Source of the DNA: an uncultured Candidatus Saccharibacteria bacterium | GTDB taxonomy: Bacteria > Patescibacteriota > Minisyncoccia > GWC2-36-17 > CAYHJU01 | Direction of reading: 5' to 3' | Length of the DNA stretch: 38,131 nucleotides | Assembly (NCBI GenBank): GCA_964357175.1 | Contig: CAYHJU010000004.1 | Span: 1-38,131 of the forward strand | Part shown: positions 10,832-20,039 of the stretch, piece by piece | Position numbering within the stretch: position 1 is the first letter of the stretch | How the letters are laid out: each line of letters begins with the position of its first letter | The notes under the pieces: generated by a model | The model's input: only the letters and a program-made list of their open reading frames with translations | Database searches by the model: none | What the model was told of the DNA's origin: nothing | Made by a program: the position numbers and the translations under genes

Positions 10832-11593
10832 ATGGAACAATCGAACAGCCAAAAAATATTAAAAGTAAAAAATCTAACAGTCGTCTTTGACGACAATGTT
10901 GTCATTGATAATTTGAATTTTGAGGTAGAAAAAGGAGAAATGTTGAGCATCATTGGCCCTAATGGGGCCGGCAAAACTGTTTTAGTGCGGGCGCTTTTAG
11001 GTTTAGTAAATTTTACTGGATCTGTGGAATGGAAAAAAAATATTAAAATAGGGTATGTGCCACAGCGCTTCTTTGTCGAAAATGATATGCCTTTGACGGT
11101 TGAAGAATTTTTTAAGTTTAAAACTAATAAGCATGCTCAAATACACAGGGCCTTAGAGCAGGTAGGTTGGCAAGGAGGTTCAAGTCCGGAACATTTCGAA
11201 CACCATCTTAAAAGCCATCTTTTAAATCAACAGTTGGGCAAACTGTCTGGCGGACAATTGCAAAGAATTTTAATTGCTTGGTCACTGATTGATAATCCAG
11301 ACATTCTGCTTTATGACGAACCAACGTCTGGTATTGACGCGGGCGCGGAAGAAACCATTTATTCGACACTTCTTAATTTAAAAGATAAATCTGGGATGAC
11401 TATTATATTCGTTTCACATGAATTGAGCGTAGTTTATAATTATGCCACTAAAGTCATGTGTTTAAATAAAGAAAAATTTTGTTACGGCGAGCCAGAGGAC
11501 ATATTGGGCGCGGAAAGTCTATCTAAACTCTACGGAGAAAAAATGAAATTTTATTCACACCAACACTTGCAAAATAATTCTTATGATAAATAA
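10832..11593 (+). CDS. Zn/Mn ABC transporter ATPase (ZnuC-like)
   Basis: GPNGAGKT, IGYVPQ, LSGGQLQR, DEPTSGID, His-rich C-terminus. Confidence 0.92.
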   Translation: MEQSNSQKILKVKNLTVVFDDNVVIDNLNFEVEKGEMLSIIGPNGAGKTVLVRALLGLVNFTGSVEWKKNIKIGYVPQRFFVENDMPLTVEEFFKFKTNKHAQIHRALEQVGWQGGSSPEHFEHHLKSHLLNQQLGKLSGGQLQRILIAWSLIDNPDILLYDEPTSGIDAGAEETIYSTLLNLKDKSGMTIIFVSHELSVVYNYATKVMCLNKEKFCYGEPEDILGAESLSKLYGEKMKFYSHQHLQNNSYDK

Positions 11594-12386
11594 TTTAATC
11601 TCTTCATTTTCTCAAAATGCGCCTCTGTGGCTTCTCATGTCCACGGGCGTGGTGGTTGGTGTATCGGCAGGATATATCGGAACTTTTTTGATTTTACGCC
11701 GCATGGCTTTATCTGGCGACGCCTTGACACACGTTGCCTTGCCCGGCATGGGATTGGCATTGCTTTTGGGGCTAAATGCTTTTTGGGGAGCGTGGGTGTT
11801 TTTGATTTTGGCCGCTTTGGGCATTTGGTGGATAAAACGCAAAACTCATCTTTATCCGGAAACTTTGGCCGGCATATTTTTTACTTTTAGTTTGGCATTG
11901 GGTATTTTGATAATTCCCAAAATAGATTTATTGGAAGCGCTTTTTGGCGATATAGAAAATCTTACTGTGTTCAATAGCTCCCTGGCTATTTTTCTGGGTG
12001 TAGCGTCTATAATCATCCTAACCATCTATAGAAAACGCTTGATGCTTCTTACTATATCAGAAGATTTAGCAAAAACTATAAATATAAATGCCTCAAGGCT
12101 TGATCTTTTATTTTTAATACTTTTGGGAGTAATAGTGGCGCTGGGCGTTCAGGTCACAGGAACGCTCTTGATGGGCGCCTTGGTAATAATACCAGCCGCT
12201 TCAGCTCAAAACATTGCTCGTTCTTTTTCCGGGTATTGTTTTTGGAGCATCGTCTTTGGAGCGTTGAGCACGATTTTTGCCTTGCCTATTGCTCATTTTT
12301 TTAAATTAACTCCCGGGCCCATTGTGGTTTTGTCGGCGTCTTTATTCTTCGTCATTTCTTTGATATTTTATCGTTTCAGAAAATAA
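11583..12386 (+). CDS. Zn/Mn ABC transporter permease (ZnuB-like, ABC-3)
   Basis: RRMALSGDALTHVALPG, LFGDI, IPAASA, GPIVV. Confidence 0.92.
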   Translation: MINNLISSFSQNAPLWLLMSTGVVVGVSAGYIGTFLILRRMALSGDALTHVALPGMGLALLLGLNAFWGAWVFLILAALGIWWIKRKTHLYPETLAGIFFTFSLALGILIIPKIDLLEALFGDIENLTVFNSSLAIFLGVASIIILTIYRKRLMLLTISEDLAKTININASRLDLLFLILLGVIVALGVQVTGTLLMGALVIIPAASAQNIARSFSGYCFWSIVFGALSTIFALPIAHFFKLTPGPIVVLSASLFFVISLIFYRFRK

Positions 12387-12536
12387 TTTACCCCGTTAAA
12401 TAATTTTAAATTTTATATAAAATTTAAAATTAAAATTTGTCATTTTGGTCACTACAATCATGCTTAAAATTCAACCAAATTGATTTAATGATATTTTTTG
12501 TAAAATATATAAACAAATTTTATTTAACAGGGTGAA
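12387..12536. mobile_element. MITE-like element (ACCCYGTTAAAT family), long AT-rich variant
   Basis: Ends TTTACCCCGTTAAATA ... TATTTAACAGGGTGAA match the 60-bp elements at 26535 and 34457. Confidence 0.65.
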
Positions 12537-12537
12537 T

Positions 12538-13179
12538 ATGGAGAAAATTAAACTTTTTTCGGAAGATGGCCTTAATTTAGTCGGCAATTATTCCTCTTCA
12601 AAAGGTAGCGCAAAAGGAGCGTTGCTTTTGCATATGTACCAACGCTCAAAAGAGGACTGGAAAGATTTCGCCGAAATGATCGCTCAAAGGGGATATAAGG
12701 TATTGGCGATGGATTTAAGGGGTCATGGTGAAAGCGATGGCGATATACAGAAAATATTTTCACAAGACCTAAACTTAATTATTTTAAAAGATGTGGAGCT
12801 TGCGATGGATTTTTTAAAAAAAGATGGCGCGCAAAGCATTTTTATAATCGGCGCGAGCATTGGCGCAAACGCCGCTTTAATTTACGGCGCGAAGCACAAT
12901 GTGGCGGGTATAGCCTTATTGTCTCCTGGACTGGATTATCATGGCGCAAACATTGAGGTGCCGATGAAAAATTATTCGCGCCCAATATTTTTAGCCGCTT
13001 CAGAAGACGACTCTTATTCTACAGAAACTGTTAAAAAAATTTATGATTTCTCGTCCGTGCCCAAAGATAAAAAAGTTTTGATTTTATACAAAAACGCTGG
13101 CCACGGCACTCAGATGTTCGGCAAAGAAAATCCAGATTTATCAGAAAAACTCACTGAATGGTTGGAAAGTATTAATTAA
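12538..13179 (+). CDS. Alpha/beta hydrolase
   Basis: LLHM, DLRGHGES, GASIG nucleophile elbow, Asp (EDD), GHG. Confidence 0.9.
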   Translation: MEKIKLFSEDGLNLVGNYSSSKGSAKGALLLHMYQRSKEDWKDFAEMIAQRGYKVLAMDLRGHGESDGDIQKIFSQDLNLIILKDVELAMDFLKKDGAQSIFIIGASIGANAALIYGAKHNVAGIALLSPGLDYHGANIEVPMKNYSRPIFLAASEDDSYSTETVKKIYDFSSVPKDKKVLILYKNAGHGTQMFGKENPDLSEKLTEWLESIN

Positions 13180-13180
13180 A

Positions 13181-13224
13181 CCTACCCTGCTGTCTGCCTA
13201 TCGATAGGCAGACAGCAGGGTAGG
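13181..13224. repeat. 44-bp perfect palindrome
   Basis: CCTACCCTGCTGTCTGCCTATC|GATAGGCAGACAGCAGGGTAGG. Confidence 0.9.
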
Positions 13225-13258
13225 TAGGAAATAAAAAAACTCCGTTTTAAACGGAGTT

Positions 13259-13558
13259 TTATTTTGAGGCTGGCTTTGCAAATACAATAAACTCATCTCG
13301 TTTTCCTTGTGGGTTTTTAGCGTATATGGTGAATTTTGCCACATAGTCTTTTCCGCCTCCACGCAAAGCAATGAGAAACCAACGGTGGCGCAGGATTTTA
13401 ATTTCGCTATAGCCATTTTTTTCCAAGTCGCGCATCAAAGAATCCTTATCAACCCAAAACCCCTGAAGAGATGTTACCACTATTAAAACTAAAACCCAAA
13501 ACAAAACAATGCACAATAAAACTACACAAATATAAAACACTGCATCGATAAGCGTCAT
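13259..13558 (-). CDS. Hypothetical membrane-anchored protein (orphan unit)
   Basis: 99 aa, N-terminal TM; leader GCACATTAAAAAGGGG; promoter TTGCAT-18-TACACT; terminator 13233-13260. Confidence 0.7.
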   Translation of the reverse strand: MTLIDAVFYICVVLLCIVLFWVLVLIVVTSLQGFWVDKDSLMRDLEKNGYSEIKILRHRWFLIALRGGGKDYVAKFTIYAKNPQGKRDEFIVFAKPASK

Positions 13559-13633
13559 GGCCGGACCCCTTTTTAATGTGCCACTTTAGTTAAAGTGTAA
13601 GCCAAAATACGAATCTAATGCAAGTATTTGGCG

Positions 13634-13744
13634 GTTTACCACCACACCCAAAATATTACATCGTAAGGTCGTAGATGGGTGGGTTGAAACAAGCCTCGCA
13701 AAGCGAGAATTGGCAGTATCATGCTCGTGGGTGTGGTGGTTTAC
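13634..13744. mobile_element. CCCCACACC-family element, copy 2
   Basis: GTTTAC-CACCACACCCA ... TGGGTGTGGTG-GTTTAC. Confidence 0.65.
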
Positions 13745-13798
13745 ACAATGATATTAGTGTGATATAGTAGAAATCTAGCGTTATTTAATAGTTTAAAT

Positions 13799-13908
13799 TT
13801 TACCCCCACACCATAAGCTCTATCCACGAAGGGCGAATATAAATAGAGCAAAGTTCTGAAAAATGTTGCGTAAAATCATGAGCGTGAGCTTATGGTGTGG
13901 GGGTTTAC
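13799..13908. mobile_element. CCCCACACC-family element, copy 3
   Basis: 17-bp perfect IR CCCCACACCATAAGCTC/GAGCTTATGGTGTGGGG flanked by TTTAC direct repeats. Confidence 0.7.
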
Positions 13909-13910
13909 CT

Positions 13911-14861
13911 ATGAAACTAATAAAAGCACACAAATTAAAGGCGGGAGACAGGGTCGGCATTATTTCTCCTTCTGAGCCCATAACTTATAAAAATGAATTT
14001 TTTGCAGGCGTTAGGGAATTGGAAAAACTGGGCTTAAAGGTAGAGCTTGGCAAAAATGTTTTTAAAACCTATGGGGGATATATGGCCGGAACAGTCAAAG
14101 AGCGATTGAGAGATTTTAATTCAATGATTAAAAATCCGAAAATCAAAGCCATATTTGCCTCTACGGGCGGTTTTTGTGTCAACCAAATGTTGCCACTTAT
14201 TGATTATTCACTCGTTAAAAAAAATCCTAAAATTATTTTAGGATATTCAGACATAACCGCTCTTACCAATGCCATTTATACTAAAACCGGTCTTATAACT
14301 TTTCATGGGCCCCACGTGGAGTTTACCATTGCCGGGTGGGATAGTTTTACCAAAAAATCTTTTATCCGGGCCGTCTTTCAGACCAAACCTATCGGCCGAG
14401 TTACTGAGCTTTCCTCTTGGAATGTTTTGAAAAGAGGCAAGGCAAGCGGTCCCTTGATAGGCGGAAATTTGACCGTCTTAAGAACTTTAATAGGCACAAG
14501 TTACAATCCCAATTGGAAAGGCGCCATTTTGTTTTGGGAGGATTGTGATCTTACTTATGAAGATTTAGATCATTTTTTGACGCATTTAAAATTGGCAGGC
14601 ATTTTGGATAAAATATCTGGAATGATTATAGGAAAGAACAAAAACTTTATAGAAATCGAAGAAGAGCCAGAATTAAAAAAGAAAGATCTTCTCTCTCCTA
14701 AAAATATTATTTTGGAAAGAACGCAAGAATATCGCTTTCCTATAATTAGCGAAGTTCAATTTGGCCACGTTGGTCAGCAGGTGACCATTCCGATAGGTGT
14801 AAAGGCCACAATTGATACTTCTAAAAGGCTGTTTTCTATTGATGAAAATGGGGTAATATAA
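13911..14861 (+). CDS. LD-carboxypeptidase / MccF-like S66 peptidase
   Basis: GIISPS, GYSDIT (Ser), GGNL, FWED (Glu), FGH (His); ATG at 13911 preferred because the track's N-terminal extension lies in the repeat. Confidence 0.93.
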   Translation: MKLIKAHKLKAGDRVGIISPSEPITYKNEFFAGVRELEKLGLKVELGKNVFKTYGGYMAGTVKERLRDFNSMIKNPKIKAIFASTGGFCVNQMLPLIDYSLVKKNPKIILGYSDITALTNAIYTKTGLITFHGPHVEFTIAGWDSFTKKSFIRAVFQTKPIGRVTELSSWNVLKRGKASGPLIGGNLTVLRTLIGTSYNPNWKGAILFWEDCDLTYEDLDHFLTHLKLAGILDKISGMIIGKNKNFIEIEEEPELKKKDLLSPKNIILERTQEYRFPIISEVQFGHVGQQVTIPIGVKATIDTSKRLFSIDENGVI

Positions 14862-14883
14862 GCGAGCGCGTTTCTATTTTTAT

Positions 14884-15831
14884 ATGTTCGGCATTTTAAG
14901 AAAACCCGCGTTAACAAATTTATTTTTAATGCTATATCTCTCCATTTTTGGAGGGGCCATCGGTCTTTTCGCGAAACTTTCTTTCGTCGCTTTTTCTCCA
15001 CTGGCAACGATTTTTTTTCGTATTTTAATATCATCTTTATTTTTTATACTGATTTTAGCTTGGCAAAAAAGAATTAAATCGGTTTTTAAAACAATTTTTG
15101 CCAATTGGAAACAGGTTTTGATTTTATCTTTCTTTGGAGTTGGGGCGGCCATGATTGTGGGTTTTGTGGGCCTTCGCCACACAAGCGCCATTAATTACGG
15201 TCTTATATACAATTTAAGTTCAATATTTATTTTGATTTTCTCCTTGTTTTTCTTAGGAGAAAAATTAAAAAAACTGGACATCTTTTTAATTGTGGTTGCT
15301 TTTATCGGGGCTGATATCATAATTACAAATGGCAAATTTTATTTTAATGTTTTGGAGGCGCACATCTTTGGAGATTTACTGGTTTTGATTTCGGCAATAG
15401 GATGGGCGCTTTATTCGGTGCTGGGAGCTAAATTTTCTCGACAAAATAAAGAATTTGACTCTCTGTCTATCAATTTAGGGGTTTTTCTTTTTTCGCTGGT
15501 CGTTTTAACGCCAATTATGTTTCTATCTCCTTCAAATGGTATTAATTTCCCCGCTTTAAATTTAAAGGTTATATTGGGTATTTTAGGACTTTCTATTTTG
15601 TCCACCGCCATACTTTTCTTTTTGTGGCTGAAATTTGTCGATAAGGAAGGGGGGATTTGGGCGACCCTAATTTCTCTTTCGGAAAATTTGACCGGTGTGC
15701 TTTTGCCCATTATTTTTCTGGGCGAAAGACTGACAGTACCTATTGTGGCGGGGGGCATTTTAATGATCTTGGCGATCTCCGGCAAGGAGCTGTTTGGTTT
15801 GTGTTATAAAAAAGACAAGGCGATTAATTAG
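14884..15831 (+). CDS. EamA/DMT family transporter
   Basis: About 10 TM helices, duplicated FLGE motif, GDLLVL.SA.GWA.Y. Confidence 0.9.
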   Translation: MFGILRKPALTNLFLMLYLSIFGGAIGLFAKLSFVAFSPLATIFFRILISSLFFILILAWQKRIKSVFKTIFANWKQVLILSFFGVGAAMIVGFVGLRHTSAINYGLIYNLSSIFILIFSLFFLGEKLKKLDIFLIVVAFIGADIIITNGKFYFNVLEAHIFGDLLVLISAIGWALYSVLGAKFSRQNKEFDSLSINLGVFLFSLVVLTPIMFLSPSNGINFPALNLKVILGILGLSILSTAILFFLWLKFVDKEGGIWATLISLSENLTGVLLPIIFLGERLTVPIVAGGILMILAISGKELFGLCYKKDKAIN

Positions 15832-15836
15832 CGTTT

Positions 15837-16847
15837 ATGAAACACGACAATTTTTTTATTTTTAAAGCCAAAGACAACCATGGGCTGGGAGTTTTGATGG
15901 GAAAGAGCTTTTCTTCACGTATCAGATCTATCGTAGAAAAAGAGAGTAAAAAACCCGACTGGAGCGCGCGTGTTTTAAGAGCTCAAAAATATTTAAAAAT
16001 AAATCAAAAATATTTCCCCGATTTTATTGATGAATTAAAAGGATATTCCGAGGGATCGGGAATCGATTTTATTTATTTGTGGGCGCTTCATTTAGAAGAA
16101 GAAGTAAGTCAGATAATAAATCAAAATAGATGTACTACTATCATCACAAATGACGGCTTATTGATTGCTCATAATGAGGACTGGGGAAAAACCAGCGCAA
16201 ATACCAGCTGTTTTCTCTTTAAAGAAATTGGCAAAACAAAAATATTTGAATTGCATTATTACCACACTTTGGGCGGGGACGCTATCGGCATTAATTCAAA
16301 CGGTTTTGTGTCTGCGGTTAATTCTTTGAGCCACCCTGACGCGCGAGTTGGCGTTTCGCGTAGTATAATCGCCCGTTGGCTATCGGAAACAAAAAACCCA
16401 GAAAAAGACTTCCAAAAACTTAAAGGCATTCCTCGCGCAAGCGGATACAATCACAATATAGTTAATTCATATGGAAAAATTTGGAATTTAGAATGTACAG
16501 CCAAAAAAATCGTATTGTCTCACCCAACTTCGCCTTTTGTACACACAAACCATTACCTTTCTGAATTAAGGGCTTTTGATGTGAATGATAATAGTACCGC
16601 CACAATAAAGAGATATAATTCTGCTCAGCTTTTAACAAAGCCACACATGACTATCAATAAGCTTATGGATATTACAAACGACACTTCATCAGGAGACGCC
16701 AACAGTATAATGAACGAAAGAACTGTGGCGAAAATGGTGATTGATGTGAAAAGCTTAGCTGTCAAGGGTTGGTTGAGGTCCGAAAAAGAAAAGGGTTGGG
16801 TGGATTATAATCTTAAAGATCTGTTTTATCAAAATAGGAGTCGGTGA
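15837..16847 (+). CDS. C45 family Ntn-hydrolase (acyltransferase/peptidase)
   Basis: DELKGYSEG, RCTT nucleophile, AHNEDW, GINSNG, HTNHY. Confidence 0.85.
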   Translation: MKHDNFFIFKAKDNHGLGVLMGKSFSSRIRSIVEKESKKPDWSARVLRAQKYLKINQKYFPDFIDELKGYSEGSGIDFIYLWALHLEEEVSQIINQNRCTTIITNDGLLIAHNEDWGKTSANTSCFLFKEIGKTKIFELHYYHTLGGDAIGINSNGFVSAVNSLSHPDARVGVSRSIIARWLSETKNPEKDFQKLKGIPRASGYNHNIVNSYGKIWNLECTAKKIVLSHPTSPFVHTNHYLSELRAFDVNDNSTATIKRYNSAQLLTKPHMTINKLMDITNDTSSGDANSIMNERTVAKMVIDVKSLAVKGWLRSEKEKGWVDYNLKDLFYQNRSR

Positions 16848-16881
16848 TGCGAGTTCGATTTAGATTTTTGACTGGCAATCT

Positions 16882-17163
16882 TTAATTTTGGGACAATTCA
16901 TCTTGGTGTATTTTTTTCTGTACTGCTGTTTGATTTGTATATTCTAAAATTGATCCATCCTCTGAAATCAACGCTTCAATTCTATCTCCGTCCTTAGTTG
17001 TTTTTGTTCCTTTTTGCGCCCTTCCTGCGATTTCTGCTCGTCTATGCTCATCAGCCGGATCTATGGTTGATTGCAAGTATTGTTTTTTGGCTATAACGTT
17101 ATCTGGTCCAGCGCTATTTTTGGGTGCCTTTTTACTGAAAAATTCAAATTTTGGAATTTCCAT
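16882..17163 (-). CDS. Hypothetical protein
   Basis: Hydrophilic ~93-aa ORF; start uncertain (17163 or 17220). Confidence 0.5.
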   Translation of the reverse strand: MEIPKFEFFSKKAPKNSAGPDNVIAKKQYLQSTIDPADEHRRAEIAGRAQKGTKTTKDGDRIEALISEDGSILEYTNQTAVQKKIHQDELSQN

Positions 17164-17371
17164 ATTTTTGATATATTGGACATTATTTGGATATGTTTTT
17201 ATAATATTACCTAATTCCATTTAAGGCAAGGGGGACACTGCCCTAAGGGTAGTCAGTAGTAAAATGTCTCACGGTCCCACCTCATGCTTAAATGTATTAA
17301 AAAATTGGACTTTTTTAAGTTTTTGTATAACTATAATTATAGGACCTTGAAATGGAATACGGAGGCGGGCC

Positions 17372-17716
17372 ATGTTGATATATGTTTGTTCGTGTTGCTA
17401 CAATCCAGAAGTTTTACTTAGGGAGCATGCTGAAAGCTTACTAAGCGTTAAATTCGTAGCATCTCGTAGAAAAGATGATAATCCAGGATATTTTGTTGTT
17501 GAGGCAGGGAATAGTCCGCCAATTTTTCATAACAAAAATGGAGTGAAAAAACTGAAACACGACTTTTTGTTAAAAATGGGATATCGGTGGGAAGAAACCA
17601 GGCCAGCTTCCAGGGACGATATGACCGGAGAACCCATTAACCCCTTGGGTTGGTGGTACGAGCCAGAAAGTCGAAAAACCAAACTATTGGAACTTGTGCC
17701 CGATCTTAAAAGATAG
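17372..17716 (+). CDS. Hypothetical protein (orphan unit)
   Basis: TGGACT..TATAAT promoter, leader GGACCTTGAAAT..GGAGG, terminator 17735-17765. Confidence 0.7.
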   Translation: MLIYVCSCCYNPEVLLREHAESLLSVKFVASRRKDDNPGYFVVEAGNSPPIFHNKNGVKKLKHDFLLKMGYRWEETRPASRDDMTGEPINPLGWWYEPESRKTKLLELVPDLKR

Positions 17717-17976
17717 AATAACTCAAAACTTACCAAAGGCGCCCCAATGGAGCGCCTTTTTATTTTAATAAATTGTATACTCGACTTTTTTGGATTGAGC
17801 CGTGCCGTTTATTTAAGGATAATTTTGTAAAAGAGCCCAAAACAGGACACTTTTTTCTTTTTGCATTGTTCGTTATTGTTTTTTGCGCGTAAAATCAAAA
17901 ATGGCGACAATCACTTGATATTAAAATAGATTTAATTGTACAATGTTTTTAAGCACATTTAAAAAGGAGATCTGTC

Positions 17977-18795
17977 GTGCAGACACCGGAACCCTGGAGA
18001 ATTGATAAAGAAGACGTGTGTTACAGAATTATTACAGGGTGGTCCCTAAAGACTTTTGATGAATGGCTTGTCAAAACCTCTGAAAAATATGGTTTAAGCA
18101 AAGAAGATTTGCTTTTGGGTATTGCCGAAACTATTCGAAAAATATCCCATCGAACAATTGAAATTCTTGAATGGCAAACTAAAATCAGAAATAAGGTTCA
18201 AATTCCGCCCTTTATTATCACTCTTAAATTGAAAAGTTATGATGCGGCCATTTCTGCTCAGTTAAAAAATGGTCGGAGTCTTGATGATTTGTGTGATAAA
18301 AAAGAATTTCTTTCAGCTCTTGGGACATTTGGTCAAATTGCCATGGAGATTGCGGGCATCAGAGAGCTTTGCAGGTTTATTGGTGAAAATGTTAGGGTTA
18401 ATGGAGTGGCGTCTGAATTTCTAATCATTTATAATCAATTTTTGGTTCAGGGAGCATTTGAAGAATTTCTAAAAACCTTTCCAAATTCACAATCTTCCGA
18501 AAATTCTTTAGAGCTATCTAGATCCAGCAAAGAGCATTTAATTAAAGTTGTGGCTGAAGAAACTATGCATTACTTTGATTATCAGACCAATCCCCAGCTG
18601 ATGGATGATTTGTTTAAGAGGGTCAGAGAAAAAACCGGAGACACCAAAGATCCTGAAAAATTAGTAGATGCAGAACAAGAAGTAGAAGTGGAGCTTGGGC
18701 TCAAAGATCGAGCCGAACAGATTTTTTTGATTTTGAAAGACGGCACAGATCTATTTCTTCCCTTGGAAATGAGGCTTTCTTGGGTCTTCCCTTGA
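17977..18795 (+). CDS. Hypothetical protein (orphan unit; EExxH motif)
   Basis: 272 aa; TTGATA-18-TACAAT promoter; leader GCACATTTAAAAAGGAG then GTG. Confidence 0.75.
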   Translation: MQTPEPWRIDKEDVCYRIITGWSLKTFDEWLVKTSEKYGLSKEDLLLGIAETIRKISHRTIEILEWQTKIRNKVQIPPFIITLKLKSYDAAISAQLKNGRSLDDLCDKKEFLSALGTFGQIAMEIAGIRELCRFIGENVRVNGVASEFLIIYNQFLVQGAFEEFLKTFPNSQSSENSLELSRSSKEHLIKVVAEETMHYFDYQTNPQLMDDLFKRVREKTGDTKDPEKLVDAEQEVEVELGLKDRAEQIFLILKDGTDLFLPLEMRLSWVFP

Positions 18796-18811
18796 AAATG
18801 ATGTAAAAATT

Positions 18812-18840
18812 AAACCCTCCGCTGAAAACGGGGGGTTTTT
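18812..18840. terminator. Bidirectional terminator between convergent orphan units
   Basis: AAACCCTCCG-loop-CGGGGGGTTTTT. Confidence 0.8.
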
Positions 18841-18858
18841 ACTTTTTATTATTTAAAT

Positions 18859-19086
18859 TTAAGATCTTGATTTTACAGGTTGATCGTAATCGATACACAT
18901 AAAACCGCCATTAAATCTATTGCTACGAGCTCGTAGGACAATCGTCTTGCCTTCTTTGGTCAAAATATAGTTTTCGCCGGCGTCCAAATTTCTATATTCA
19001 ATAGTTTCGGCACCTGCAAATTTAGCCAATTCTTTCAGCTGTCTTTTGTGCGTTTCACTTGTAGCTCCAATAATAACGGGATCCAT
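18859..19086 (-). CDS. Hypothetical protein (second gene of a unit)
   Basis: 75 aa; starts immediately after the upstream stop; AAGGA SD-like inside the upstream gene. Confidence 0.65.
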   Translation of the reverse strand: MDPVIIGATSETHKRQLKELAKFAGAETIEYRNLDAGENYILTKEGKTIVLRARSNRFNGGFMCIDYDQPVKSRS

Positions 19087-19425
19087 TTAGTTGGCCGTTC
19101 CTTCTGAGATTTTTTTCTCAGAAACGATTATCCAGCTCTGTTCTGCCCATTTGTCACTCACCTCGATTTTTTTGCCTGACTTGTCGTGCCACTGTAGGCC
19201 GACATCTTTGGCATGAACTAAACTCCAGGCTCCCAGAGATGTTAGTTTTTCTAAAAGTTTTGTTTCCTGGGGACGTGAATAGGGAAGATCTTTTTCTTTA
19301 TATAGCGCCGCTATGAACTGTGTGCGGTTTCCAATGATGCCCAGTTCAACATGTACCACCATTCCTTCGGGAACATTGGTTGCGATAAGAAGAGTTTTCT
19401 GCGTGCTGGGTTCATCCAAGGGCAA
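19087..19425 (-). CDS. Hypothetical protein (orphan unit)
   Basis: TTG at 19425, 6 nt after GGAGG; conserved leader upstream. Confidence 0.7.
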   Translation of the reverse strand: MPLDEPSTQKTLLIATNVPEGMVVHVELGIIGNRTQFIAALYKEKDLPYSRPQETKLLEKLTSLGAWSLVHAKDVGLQWHDKSGKKIEVSDKWAEQSWIIVSEKKISEGTAN

Positions 19426-19430
19426 AACGC

Positions 19431-19514
19431 ACCTCCTTTTCAAGGTTCTTTATCTCTTCTGTACCACGCAGAAGAGATTGTAAATAATGTATCACAACTC
19501 GTTTTAAAAGTCAA
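19431..19514 (-). promoter_or_regulatory. Conserved ~85-bp leader, copy 3
   Basis: TTGACT-17-(TGa)TACATT, perfect 10-bp stem ATCTCTTCTG/CAGAAGAGAT, GAACCTTGAAAAGGAGG. Confidence 0.88.
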
Positions 19515-19605
19515 ATGCCTGAGCCGCTTTAATTTGTGAAATAGTCCAAACAAAAAAATACGGCTTGACCGTATTTTTTTGTTTCGGATACAGTAGAGCT
19601 TGTGT

Positions 19606-19893
19606 TTATGACAAATGTTTCGAAACCAATTTTGTCATCTCAAACATATCTACTACGCCTTTCCCGCCAAAAACTACTTTCAATTTGGCGTCAGCGACTA
19701 TATTCCTCTTTTTGTTTGGATCCTGCAAGTTATTTCCCTTGATATATACCCAAAGTTTTTTTACAACTTCGGATCGTGGCATAGGACCTTTTCCCACGAC
19801 CGCTTCTAAATCAGCGGTAAGATTTAACGGCTTCATAAAAGCCGAATTTGCTTTTCCTGGCATAATTTTATGATTCGACTTAGCCATTAACAT
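19606..19893 (-). CDS. Stand-alone SWIB/MDM2 domain protein
   Basis: FMKPL...L..VVG..PMPRSEVVKKLWVYIK.NNLQDP..KR.I.ADAKL; terminator 19552-19580. Confidence 0.93.
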   Translation of the reverse strand: MLMAKSNHKIMPGKANSAFMKPLNLTADLEAVVGKGPMPRSEVVKKLWVYIKGNNLQDPNKKRNIVADAKLKVVFGGKGVVDMFEMTKLVSKHLS

Positions 19894-20039
19894 GGCTATA
19901 TCGAAAATTAGCTACTTCTCTATTAATATTGCCACAAATTACAATTTAAAACAACTGTTATAGAATAACTTTGCTTTTTGATGGATAAAAGCGCAGAATC
20001 TATCTATAATAGTATAATAATCAAATAATAAACATATAT

